The notes below the pieces were generated by a model that worked only from the letters and a program-made list of their open reading frames with translations, did not search any database and had not been told where the DNA came from. From Candidatus Spongiisociaceae bacterium (GTDB taxonomy: Bacteria; Actinomycetota; Acidimicrobiia; Spongiisociales; Spongiisociaceae), in contig OZ253564.1 of assembly GCA_965262915.1 (NCBI GenBank), positions 448,001 through 512,000 of the forward strand: a stretch of DNA of 64,000 nt. The letters are read 5' to 3'. This document shows, piece by piece, positions 21,339 through 30,966 of this stretch; position 1 is the first letter of the stretch, and each line of letters starts with the position of its first letter. The position numbers and the translations under genes were made by a program.

Positions 21339-21864
21339 AGGGGTCCTCCTGCCTCGGATGTCATTACCAACACCCGATTATGGAGGACCCCTCCTCACTT
21401 CTGGTGGATTCCAACTCCCCCTGGCAGATCCCCTACTCCCCACTCATTTCCGAAGAGCCCGATTATGCAGGCGGTTCGGGTAGCCTCCACACCTGTGAAC
21501 CCCGTCGAATATCTCCAGTAAGACCGATACCGTGGTCGAAGTCTTGGCCCTCCCGCACCGTGTCCCCACCCTCGGGCCCAGCCGTCGCACAGTTCCTAGC
21601 CGCCAAACCCCTGTCCGCCAACGGGTCACGCGGACTCAAATCAGGGTCCCACGTCAGAACGAAGCGCCGCTCAGCTCCACGGACACGCTTCCCTGTCGTT
21701 GGTTGCGTTCTCACGGCACGACGAGGCTACTCATCCCTGGCTAACCGAGGCGGGTCGAGCCAATCGCTGGGAGGTTGTTGCGGCTTGGTCGTGCTTCAAC
21801 CGCTTCTCATAGGCGCCGAAGGCGCTTGGCGGCCCGCTCGACTATGACGCCACCTGTCTGCTGC

Positions 21865-23166
21865 TCACTCGAAGAGGGTGTGTGGCGGCCAGACTGCGAG
21901 GCACCATCTCGTTCCGCGATCGCCAGGCAGTGCGGGATAGTCGTCGGTGGCCCGTTCGCTCATCCGAAAGCAGAGGTCGCGAGGCTCGTTGGCAACGATT
22001 GCAAACCCCCGAATGTCGACTAAGCATGCTCGATCAAAGTTCATGGCCGTGATCTTGTAGTCGTCGATCCGGTACGCCCCGTAGATTTCCTTGGCACGCT
22101 TGGCTGCTTGTCCCTTGGACTCGCAGCCACGCAGTGCCTCCGGAATGAACGGCGTGATGAGTTCCCAACGCCCATGGCGCCACGCCTCAAGGAAGGCGGA
22201 GGCGGCAGCAGCGGCAGGATGGGATGCGAACTCCGGTGCAGCGGGATCGAGGGTCCATGGGACGAATTCGTCGCTGTGCTTCCGAAATCGACGGTTCCGG
22301 CTGAGCTGCTCAAGTGACTCTGTGAACGTCGGCCCTGGCTCCTCGGGGACGGCTGCCTTCTTCGTGGCCTGTGCCCAGTCGACCACTGAGTAGAGCAAGT
22401 TCCATGCCTTTGTGGCGACGACCACGTTGTCGAAGTTGACGACTGATCCGTGAACGATCCCATGGCGGTAGACATCGTGGACCTCTTCGTCGATGCGCTT
22501 CTTAATGGACTTGGTGAATGTCTTCATGACGTGGGTGAGGCCCATGTGATGGCCGACAATGCTGTCCCAAGCGGTCATGTCGTCTGGATCACGGGCGGCA
22601 AGCCCCTTCCGTGCGCCGGGATCCAAGTCGTTGACATAGCCGTCCATCACCGCGATGAGTTGAAGGACACAGCTGTTGAAGTGGCCCGCCTCGTAGTGCT
22701 CCAGGGCGCGCTCTACCTGATGCAGGCGCTCGCGGAGGCCGTCCTGAGAGCGGAACCCGATCATCCGCCACTTAGTCGTCTCGCTGTCGCGATACAGGTC
22801 GATCAAGCGGGATTCGGCGGCTTCAACGCTTGAGGTCTCGCTGAGCAGCGCTTCGATCTTGTCAAGGCTTAGGTAGTCGTGGAAGATCCAGTTGCGAGGG
22901 CCCAGCCGTTCGTAGAAGTCATCCACCAGCTCGGTCAACCGCAGCATCTTGCGCTCGATTTCGATTAGGTGCTTCCGTTGGTCCCTGGCGATCACCCGCG
23001 TGAGTAGCTTCATGCCCTGTAGCTGCGTCTCCATCTGTCGGAAGCTCGGGATGTCACGCGCCGAGCCGTAGGGCTTGGTCGGTGTTCGATTGAGGGTCCC
23101 GCGGTGGCCATAGAACGATTCTACCGAACAGATGTTCGCGCGCAAATAGGTGAGATTCAACGGCAA
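21865..23166 (-). CDS. Hypothetical protein with HEPN-like RxxxxH motif (start uncertain)
   Basis: Long ORF with a helical region ERALEHYEAGHFNSCVLQLIAVMDG and VYRHGIVHG. Confidence 0.6.
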   Translation of the reverse strand: MPLNLTYLRANICSVESFYGHRGTLNRTPTKPYGSARDIPSFRQMETQLQGMKLLTRVIARDQRKHLIEIERKMLRLTELVDDFYERLGPRNWIFHDYLSLDKIEALLSETSSVEAAESRLIDLYRDSETTKWRMIGFRSQDGLRERLHQVERALEHYEAGHFNSCVLQLIAVMDGYVNDLDPGARKGLAARDPDDMTAWDSIVGHHMGLTHVMKTFTKSIKKRIDEEVHDVYRHGIVHGSVVNFDNVVVATKAWNLLYSVVDWAQATKKAAVPEEPGPTFTESLEQLSRNRRFRKHSDEFVPWTLDPAAPEFASHPAAAAASAFLEAWRHGRWELITPFIPEALRGCESKGQAAKRAKEIYGAYRIDDYKITAMNFDRACLVDIRGFAIVANEPRDLCFRMSERATDDYPALPGDRGTRWCLAVWPPHTLFE

Positions 23167-23169
23167 GAT

Positions 23170-23806
23170 GCCTTGGGATTGCAGGCTCTTTGTGCATGGG
23201 CTGCCGCCTATTCGCGCGCGCTCTTAGCCTGAATCCACCGATTCATGTTCCGAAAACCAATCCTGACCACGGCGATCTCCGGGATCCACCACTCACAGGA
23301 AGTTGCTCCTCTTCTCAGGACCGAACTATCCTTACCAATAGCTATCGCCGCAGATCAGGAGGTATTTCCACCATATCTCCATGTCCGCTGCGCGCTCCCC
23401 ATCGGTGGATTCAGGCTTAGTCGGAGCGAGGCGCACGAGGTTCGGCTCCAGCAGCATTCGCACTTCATACACCTCGGCTAGCAATTATGGCGCAACGCTA
23501 CTCCGCTGAAAGGCAGAGAAGACCAGGGGTCTCCCTGAGATCCCATTGATCCTCGGGAAGCACCGCGGCCGCCATTCCCTGCCGAACCCTGATAAGCCCC
23601 GAGCTCTCCAGTTGCTGGATGGCTTCGCGCATCACGGTCTTGCTGACACCGAACCGCTCCACCAGCTCATCGGCAGGCGGTGGGGATCTGTCATTGAGTA
23701 TTACCTCTGAAACCACGTCCAGGGCAACAGCCGCGGCGACTGGATCGCGCATCTTGGTACGTGGTACCGCCTCTATCGGCCGGGTACTCAGGCTCACAGC
23801 TGCCAA
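23170..23806 (-). pseudogene. GntR/FadR-family regulator, decayed (copy 2, retains FCD traces)
   Basis: Same HTH as copy 1, then LAEVYEVRMLLEPNLVRLA (start of FCD) in a shifted frame with stops. Confidence 0.72.
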
Positions 23807-24014
23807 TCTGGCACCTGGGTCATGTACCCTCCGTTGGCAGTGCCTGTCACAGCGTATCAGTCATATGATCGTCTACAGTAAGGTCATATTGTCTTAATGT
23901 CACCGTGTTGTGCAGGTTCCACTCAATCTCAAGTGGAGCCCGTTCTCCCATGTCCATTATGATGCAGACCTGGATCGTTTGCTTGAGGCGCCGGAGCAAG
24001 CCATGGTTGTCGTG
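23468..24014. repeat. 547-bp direct repeat, copy 2
   Basis: Matches 14525-15071. Confidence 0.92.
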
Positions 24015-24169
24015 CTGAGTAGACGCGGTTAAATCCTCGCCTGGAAGCCTCGACTGGGATGGAAAGAGGTTAGATGAGTCGACCGAGGCCCTACGAACGA
24101 CATCTCTTCCGGCTGGGCTTGTTGGTGGTCGCCTCGACGTTCGTGACCACTCGCCTGAGTTAGCAGGTA

Positions 24170-25118
24170 TCACCGCAAAGAGGTATCGAAGTGGTCTGCT
24201 GTCATCCGGGCTACTGCTTCTACCCCGGGCCTCGTGTACACCGCCAAAGTACGAAGATCACGGTGGCTGCTCTTGGCCTGCAACATCACCGCGGAGGCTC
24301 CCGCCTCGGCCAGATGCGTCAACGACGAGTGGCACAGCTGGTGCAAAGTCCACCCACCGGAATGCCGGCGGAACTCCGCCGTGGCTGTCCGGTACGAGAG
24401 GCGTGCCTGGGGCCGGTCCGCTCATACAGATCACGGGCCGGTGGGACGGTGCGGGACCGCCACCGGGTCAAAAACAGGGGACCTTCCGTACGGTCAGCCA
24501 AATAGCGGCCCAACAGGTGGGTGGTAGGCGCCGCCCACACCACCATATCTGTGCTGCCACCCTTCGAGCGGATACGGGCCCGCCGTCTCGCCCGGTCCAA
24601 GTCCCCCACATCGAGGGCCAGCACTTCCGACGCTCGAGCGGCTGTTTCGTACAGCATCCGCCACAACGTCTTCTCCCGCAAAGGCACCGTCCGCCGGCGC
24701 ATAGGTCCTTGAGGTCCCCCACCGGGAGCGCCCGGGTGTTGTCCACCGACCGGCGGCGTGGCTCCACCCCGGCCAGCGGATCGCCGGCCAGGGGCCACCG
24801 CTCACCACACCAGGAGGCGAAAGCCCGCACCGCGGTGCGTCGGGTGTTCCACGTCGCCGCCGCACGCCCAGCCCACAACTCCTCGAAGACGGCCGCCACC
24901 CGGCCCGGGTAAAGGTCGGTGACCGGACAGTCACCACCCACCGCTTCGACGAGAGGATCGAGGGTCTGGCGGTAAGTACGACAAGTCGCCGCAGCCAGAT
25001 CACGGACGGCGAAGAACGCCTCCACCGCCCCCACCACAGACGGCACATGACACACCGGATGATCCGACTCCGAACCCGATGACGCCTTGGGTGGAGGGAA
25101 GTAGACGACACGGCCCAT
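24170..25118 (-). pseudogene. Tyrosine recombinase/integrase, frameshifted
   Basis: LWRMLYETAARASEVLALD (R), SKGG (K), TLHQLRHSSLTHL (HxxR), SSHRDLRTLAVY (H, Y) spread over three frames. Confidence 0.85.
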
Positions 25119-25663
25119 AGCCCCGAGTATCGCCCACCGGTGTGACACAGCCCGGTAAATGCCCCACAACCCCCAAGAAATGGGAGAACCCCGAACCTGC
25201 GGAGGTAGGGGGTTCCCATGGGGTGTGGGTACCCGGAACTCTAACCGACGGCGCCCGGCCCTGTCCACCCCTTGTCCCGGCGACCGTGTCCGAGGGCCGG
25301 ATCATGCGGTATTTCACATATTCCGCAGGGTTCACGCAGTTTCTGGTTTCGCGTGGTGCCTGGTCACAGTGTTTCGGGTGGTGCGGGTATTGCACATATC
25401 CGTCCCATACCTGCAACACTCCTGCCGGTGCTGTCAGTCTTTCAGCACAGGATGGGCTCTAGACCACCCTTACACAACGTTAAGTGGACCCGTTTAGAGG
25501 GAGTATCCTCTGTTTTGGGGTGTGCACCGCTATGATTGTCCCCGTTGTTCAGCCGTATTGTCAAAATATACAGCCTCAATGTCCCTACCATTACCATCAC
25601 CTCACTACGCATAGACGTGAGTGATAGACGCAACGTAACCGGCAACTGAAAGGAGCCTTTACG

Positions 25664-26683
25664 ATGAACAGAGCGATCATATTCATCATCTTTGCGGTGG
25701 TGACCCTCATCATATTCATCATGTACAGGGGTGCCAAGAAGGGAGCAAAGAACACCAGCAACCCAATATCGATGCAGCGTTCGTTCCAAGAGAGCGAACG
25801 GTATCTACGCATCGCCACCACCATAGGTGTAGTGATTACACTGGTGTTGGGGTTCATCTCCACCATCACCCTTATAGATGCCAATACAGCAGGCGTGGAG
25901 GTCCTATTTGGCAAGCCCAGGGCTACACATACGGAAGGGTTGCATTTCAAACATCCGTTGGCCAGTGTGACTCAGGTACCTGGCCTACAGCAGGAGACTA
26001 CATATAGCAACACTGTAGGTGAGGGTGATAAGGATGGCCCAGACGCTATTGAGGCCATCACCGCTGACAACGCTGTAGTGGACGTGGACGCCAGCATCTT
26101 GTGGTCACTAGATCTACAAGGTCAAGCACCCATATTTATCTACCGTGAATACAGAGAGCTGAGTCAGGTAAGGCAGCGTCTGATTAGACCTGTCACCCGG
26201 AATATAATCCGCAATTGCATAGCTAGGTATGCCTTTGAAGAGGCACGGACTAGCGACCGTGAGGCCATAAGTAATTGCTCACGAGCCGGCATCATCGCTG
26301 AAGTAGCCAACTTTGGTGTCATTGTGCGTGATGTCCAGATCCGCAATATGAGCGCAAGGTCTGCGGATTTGCAGGCTGGGATTGATCGCAAGCTGCAGGC
26401 TGAGCAGGCTGCCCGTGAGGCTGAGTTCCGGCGGGACCAGGCTGCCATTGACGCCGAGACTGCCCGTATACATGCCGAGGGTATAGCCAACGCTGAGATA
26501 GAACGGGCCAAGGGTATTGCCGAGGCGAACCGACTAGTGGACGAATCGCTCACACCCACGCTCCTCAGCTACCGTGGTCTGGAGTTCCTATCCAACGCTG
26601 GCAACACCACGTGGATCATAGGTGATAGAGTCACCATACCTGAGCTGGTCATTCCCGTAGGGGATGACATTACACAGCCGTAA
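25664..26683 (+). CDS. SPFH/prohibitin (band 7) membrane protein
   Basis: Two N-terminal TM segments, EGLHFKHP, VDVDASILW, VRDVQIRN, AE-rich coiled coil; lower GC than the host genes. Confidence 0.88.
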   Translation: MNRAIIFIIFAVVTLIIFIMYRGAKKGAKNTSNPISMQRSFQESERYLRIATTIGVVITLVLGFISTITLIDANTAGVEVLFGKPRATHTEGLHFKHPLASVTQVPGLQQETTYSNTVGEGDKDGPDAIEAITADNAVVDVDASILWSLDLQGQAPIFIYREYRELSQVRQRLIRPVTRNIIRNCIARYAFEEARTSDREAISNCSRAGIIAEVANFGVIVRDVQIRNMSARSADLQAGIDRKLQAEQAAREAEFRRDQAAIDAETARIHAEGIANAEIERAKGIAEANRLVDESLTPTLLSYRGLEFLSNAGNTTWIIGDRVTIPELVIPVGDDITQP

Positions 26684-26768
26684 CAAGCAAGCCTCCCTCC
26701 CGGACCCTAGAGATACGGCGGGCATTTACAGACGGAACCTCCATAGTACGGAAGCTCCATAGTAATGC

Positions 26769-28202
26769 GGCTCATCGGATTTCAGTGGGGAGTGACGGTG
26801 GCGAGGAGGTCCCAGTTGGGTTTCCCGGCGTAGAGAAGGGCGCGGATTCGGTAGTTCGCGAAGTTGCGGAACCCGAACGCGATGCGTTTGATCCGCTTTA
26901 TGAGGTTGTTGAGGGCTTCGGTGGGTCCGTTGGTTACCTTCGAGATGTGCCAGTTGGTGATCTGGGGGGTCCAGCGGGCGATGGTGCGACCGAGCTTGTT
27001 GATCTCGGGTGGGCAGGATTCGTGTTGGAGGTCGTCTGCGAGCTGGAGGGTGTATCGGAGAGCAAGGACCGGACTTTCGATCCCGTAGATGCCTCGTACC
27101 GTTTCCTTCGCGTGCCAGGCTGTGCGTACCTCCCCGTAGGGGTCACCGGCATCCAAAAGACCACGCAGCCGTGTTTGACCGCGGTCGCTGATCCTCTCGT
27201 GGGCGGCGGTGAGGAGGCGGCGTATCCGATACAGCGGGTCATCCTTGCGGCCTCGATGCCCGAGGGTTTCGTTCTGGGTGCGGCGTCGTACTTCGTCGAG
27301 TCGCTGGTTGGCGAGGCGGATGACGTGGAAGGGGTCTGCTACCTGGAGAGCGTTCGGGAGCACCCGGTTATACGCCTTCCGGTAAGGACCGGACATGTCC
27401 AACACCGCCCAGCGGATCCCGTCGAGCCACTCGGGGGGTTGGGATCGGAACCACGAAGCTGCGCTATCAGCCGTTCTACCAGGGACTATGTCGATCAGCT
27501 GGTGGCCTCCCACGTCGACGACAGAGGTGCACCAAACCTTGGTGCGCCACCGGCCTTTCCGCCAGAACAGCGTCTCGTCGATGCCCACAGCTTGGACCTC
27601 GCCTATCCGATCGGTGTCGGCCCCCAGGAGGGCTTCGCCCCAGCGGACGACCTCGTTGTTAACCGTATGCCAATCACAACCCAGCTCTGCGGCGACCTCG
27701 TCGACCGAACGGCCCCGCCCACCCACCTGGATGGTCACCCACCGGGCCGCTCGGGATGTCAACAACGCCCGTTGGGGACCAATCGTGGGGTCTTGTTCGA
27801 TGAACGATCTGATCTCACAGTCGGGGTTCGGGCACGTCCAGCGGCGTTTCCGCCACCGCAGCCGAACCGGACGGCCGAACGCCGGTAGATCCACCAACAC
27901 AACCGTTCTGTGACCCTTGGACCACACCGGGCCGCCACAGGACTCACACAACGGGCGGGGCTTGCGGGAACGGATCACCACCCCAAGCGGTGCACCCTCG
28001 CCCGAGTCGTTGATCCCTACCAGATCAACGTCGCCCAGGCCTACCAACAACTCGCACATGCGCGTAGGATCAGCTTCCACAGGGGTCCTCCTGCCTCGGA
28101 TGTCTTTTCTCAGCACCCGATTATGGAGGACCCCCCATCACTTCTGGTGGATTACCACTCCCCCTGGCAGATCCCCGACTCCCCACTCATTTCCGAAGAG
28201 CC
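26769..28202 (-). mobile_element. ISL3-family element, copy B (intact)
   Basis: IRs GGCTCATCGGA.../...TCCGAAGAGCC; 8-bp TSD AGTAATGC at 26761-26768 and 28203-28210. Confidence 0.95.
26782..28116 (-). CDS. ISL3-family transposase
   Basis: CESCG/CPNPDC Zn finger, GIDET, LDMSGPY, ADPFHV, TNGPTEALNNLIKRIKRIAFGFRNF. Confidence 0.95.
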   Translation of the reverse strand: MLRKDIRGRRTPVEADPTRMCELLVGLGDVDLVGINDSGEGAPLGVVIRSRKPRPLCESCGGPVWSKGHRTVVLVDLPAFGRPVRLRWRKRRWTCPNPDCEIRSFIEQDPTIGPQRALLTSRAARWVTIQVGGRGRSVDEVAAELGCDWHTVNNEVVRWGEALLGADTDRIGEVQAVGIDETLFWRKGRWRTKVWCTSVVDVGGHQLIDIVPGRTADSAASWFRSQPPEWLDGIRWAVLDMSGPYRKAYNRVLPNALQVADPFHVIRLANQRLDEVRRRTQNETLGHRGRKDDPLYRIRRLLTAAHERISDRGQTRLRGLLDAGDPYGEVRTAWHAKETVRGIYGIESPVLALRYTLQLADDLQHESCPPEINKLGRTIARWTPQITNWHISKVTNGPTEALNNLIKRIKRIAFGFRNFANYRIRALLYAGKPNWDLLATVTPH

Positions 28203-28260
28203 AGTAATGCGTCCTAGGTCATCTATTAGGTCTTTAGGTTGGAGACAGAAAGTGTGAAAA

Positions 28261-28300
28261 GCGAGTACGTGTGCGGGTTCAACTCCCGCAGGAGGCACCA
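28261..28300 (+). other. tRNA 3'-half remnant (Leu-like), possible att scar
   Basis: T-arm GCGGG-TTCAACT-CCCGC, acceptor 3' strand AGGAGGC, then ACCA; no 5' half upstream. Confidence 0.6.
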
Positions 28301-28551
28301 AGGGGTCTTCGCGTGTTATGGGCTGTTGAGTTCGCGGGTTATGGGTGTTGGTGGGGGTTCTGGCCTGTTTCAGGGGTCTTAGAGCCGGTTTCGGCGGTGT
28401 TCGGTGTGGTTGTGGCGCCGGTTATGGGTGCTGGTGGTTTTGGTGGCTGGTTCTGGACGCGTCTGGTTCGACGGGTGCGTTCCCGTCAAAGATGAGCGGT
28501 AGGGGGTTGGTTTATGGGGGTGCGCGGGTGGGGGCGCTAGCCTGCGGTTTC

Positions 28552-28773
28552 ATGCCCCGGTTCTTGAAGCCTGCGTTGAGAAATGTGTCTGAGAGAGACA
28601 TCCAGCGTGCGCTCGACGCCCCGATCTCTAAGGGGCCTATAACTACCCGCCACGGGAACCCTGGACTGTCCGTGAAGGGACTATCAGCGTCGTCGGGGCT
28701 GCCGATATACGTACTCGGGGAGTATGACCCGGACACAGGCGAACTGGTGGTGTACCACGCCCACTGGGCGTAA
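28552..28773 (+). CDS. Small protein resembling BrnT/RelE-fold toxins
   Basis: 73 aa: VSERDIQRALDAP...GLPIYVLGEYD..ELVVYHA. Confidence 0.45.
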   Translation: MPRFLKPALRNVSERDIQRALDAPISKGPITTRHGNPGLSVKGLSASSGLPIYVLGEYDPDTGELVVYHAHWA

Positions 28774-28802
28774 GGGGGAATCGGCTGGTCGGAACAGCGG
28801 CT

Positions 28803-29060
28803 CTAGAGGGCTGTGATCTTCACCTTGCGGTCTGTAGGCACCCCGTCGTATCCCGACGCGATCCAGATATCTTCGGGCAGGGTCGGGTCGGTGCGGACGA
28901 CGCGGCCGCCTTCATATATGTAACCGTCCGGTAGCTGGCTGATCAGGTAGTCGTCGTGCCTAGCGAAGATGTGGTCGTATGCGCCTGCGTCGGCTTCGTC
29001 GGCCTGACGGAGCAGCCGCGCTTCGAACTCTTCGCGGGTCTCAGTGCGGGTTACCATCAC
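28803..29060 (-). CDS. Hypothetical acidic protein with antitoxin-like N-terminus
   Basis: EARLLRQADEADAGAYD; AAGGTG RBS; convergent with the small toxin-like gene. Confidence 0.45.
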   Translation of the reverse strand: MMVTRTETREEFEARLLRQADEADAGAYDHIFARHDDYLISQLPDGYIYEGGRVVRTDPTLPEDIWIASGYDGVPTDRKVKITAL

Positions 29061-29220
29061 TGATCACCTTGCCACCGTCGGGGCCGCTTGTCAAGGACAG
29101 CCGAGGTCGCTAGTGCCTTTGCGAAGTCCAGCCGACGCCCAATGCCTCGATTGGTGTCCGGGGGGGGAATCCGAGTGAGCGACGAGGGCCAGGCCCGGTC
29201 GGTCGGGTATCATCACACCT

Positions 29221-29580
29221 ATGACTTCGCCCGCCCGTTCGGTGACCGTATCGCGGACCCGCTTGTTGAGCCGCCCGCCTGTGTCCATCCCCGACGACAT
29301 GGAAGACCGGACGCTGCCGAAAGCGTCCGGGGTTGTGACCCTACCCGGCCATGTGGCCTGGTCAGCGCCCCGCACATTCGACATGGACAACCAGCGCCAG
29401 CTGATAAGCATGTACCAGACGGTGATGACCGAGGGGTTAGACGACGACGTCCGCTACTACATCGACATCGACTTGCTAGTCGAATTGTGGGACGATCTGT
29501 GGCTGTCCCCCTATGTCCGCGAAGCATGGTCAGCGTGGCTGCACGACAGGGGACTGATCGACGACCCCGCTGGATGCTGA
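29221..29580 (+). CDS. Putative antitoxin partner of an AbiEii-type nucleotidyltransferase
   Basis: LPGHVAWS..FDMD..MYQTVMTEG..DDVRYYID..LLVELW..L.LSPYVREAW pattern; overlaps the toxin start. Confidence 0.65.
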   Translation: MTSPARSVTVSRTRLLSRPPVSIPDDMEDRTLPKASGVVTLPGHVAWSAPRTFDMDNQRQLISMYQTVMTEGLDDDVRYYIDIDLLVELWDDLWLSPYVREAWSAWLHDRGLIDDPAGC

Positions 29581-30188
29581 CCGAACTACAGGAACGGACC
29601 TGGCGGATACTCGCAGCGGTTCCCGAAGCAGACGGGTTCGCGTTAGCGGGAGGCTCAGCGCTGATCCTGACCGGTGTAGTCCAGCGCGGAAGCAACGACC
29701 TAGACGTGTTCGGGACGTACCCTGGGTCAGTCATCCCCTTCGCTGAAGCAGCCCAGCGAGGTCTGACCAGCGAAGGGCTGAACCCGACAGTGGAACTATG
29801 GGGAGAGGGGTTCGTCCGTATGCGAGTCACTGACGGTGCTGACACAACATGGGTGGATATCGCGATCGATGTCCGTCGGCACCCGACGGTTGCAGACCCG
29901 ACCGGACCGGTCCTGAACATCCGAGAGTTAGCAGCCGACAAGATGCTGGCGTTGGTAGGCCGCGTCGCGCCACGCGACTACATCGACGTGTGCGCTATCA
30001 CCCAGCGTCATCACATCAGCGACGTTATCGACTGGGCGTCCGACAAAGACACCGGATTCACCCTTTAGCAGATCAAGGACGCTCTGAAACGGTTCGCCAG
30101 TATCGACCGTGACAGCTTCGAGCTCGACACGGACAGCTACCAGCAGCTACAACGATGGGTAGCCAGCACCCTACAAAACCTGCCCTAG
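29574..30188 (+). pseudogene. AbiEii/AbiGii-family nucleotidyltransferase toxin with in-frame TAG at 30066-30068
   Basis: FALAGGSAL, RGSNDLDVF, ELAADKMLAL, RVAPRDYID; the reading frame continues 39 codons past the stop. Confidence 0.8.
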
Positions 30189-30192
30189 CCCG

Positions 30193-30706
30193 ATGATGGA
30201 ATTTGACGGGCTGTTCTTGCGCAACTGTTCGGGGAGGTGGATGATGAGGTCGCCGAACGGGTAGGAGAGCTTTTGCTGGTAGTCGGGGCACCGCCCTGAT
30301 CTTCGCGGGCATGCCTAGGGGGACGGAGGATGTTGATGTCCTTTCCCGCCTGTCTTCGAGGTCCCTGCTCAGAGCGATTCGCGTGGTTGGGGAGCGCCAC
30401 GAATTGCCTCACGACTGGATTAACGACAACATCGCGGGAATCTCCTTTCTCGATCTTTCCGTCTGCGATCTCCGCCTGGTGTGGTCAGGCCGCAATATCC
30501 AAGTATTCCGGCCGGATCTGTCCTACCTTCTCGCCCTGAAACTCAGGAGCGCCCGAGAGAAAGACAGGAGCGACGTACTGTGGCTGATGGGCAAGGTTGG
30601 CATCAGAACGAGAGAGGAACTGCTCAACCTGATCAGGCGGGCCTTCCCCGGTATGCCCATTCCCGAGTACATGGAAGGGTTCGTGGAAACTGTGGCTGAG
30701 GAATGA
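30193..30706 (+). pseudogene. DUF6036-like nucleotidyltransferase, N-terminal frameshifts
   Basis: LLLVVG(fs)ALIF..RGTEDVDV, LPHDWIND, YLLALKLRSAREKDRSD. Confidence 0.65.
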
Positions 30707-30966
30707 AGCGGTGCGAAGACTCACGGTGGAGAGAGGCTTGCCTCCGCGTGGACCAGGCTGCCTCTCTACTGGAGAATACCCGCAGAAGCGTTGACCCGAG
30801 AGTGTGGGAGGCCAGAGATCGCTGGGCAGAGGCTGCCCGGGCTTGGTTGAAGGGTACTGCAGGCCTCGATGGTGCCATCGAGGCCTCCATCGGGTTCGAG
30901 GAATCCGCTAGAACGGCAACATCGGGCACCGCTATCCCTGCCGAACATTTACCGGACTCGAGGTGA
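30703..30966 (+). CDS. Hypothetical protein
   Basis: 87-aa ORF coupled to the upstream gene by an ATGA overlap. Confidence 0.35.
   Translation: MKRCEDSRWREACLRVDQAASLLENTRRSVDPRVWEARDRWAEAARAWLKGTAGLDGAIEASIGFEESARTATSGTAIPAEHLPDSR

Larger units (their letters stand above)
18544..21459 (-). mobile_element. ISL3-family element, copy A, with its downstream terminal IR interrupted by IS110
   Basis: Ends GGCTCATC (18544) and GAAGAGCC (21459); perfect 8-bp TSD CGATTATG at 18536-18543 and 21460-21467. Confidence 0.92.

Noticed and set aside
21468-21780. Gene interrupted by ISL3-A, continuing at about 18300-18535
   Set aside because: Rejoined flanks give no recognisable protein in any frame.
26691-26760. 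GCCTCCC as the 5' half of the tRNA whose 3' half is at 28261-28300, split by ISL3-B
   Set aside because: After removing the IS there is no D-arm or anticodon arm and the spacing is too long; probably chance complementarity.
29088-29573. N-terminal extension of the AbiEii ORF
   Set aside because: Overlaps the antitoxin gene in another frame; the toxin starts at ATG 29574.
30066-30068. TAG as a pyrrolysine or programmed readthrough codon
   Set aside because: No pyl genes or supporting context; a single CAG/GAG-to-TAG nonsense change in a toxin is simpler.
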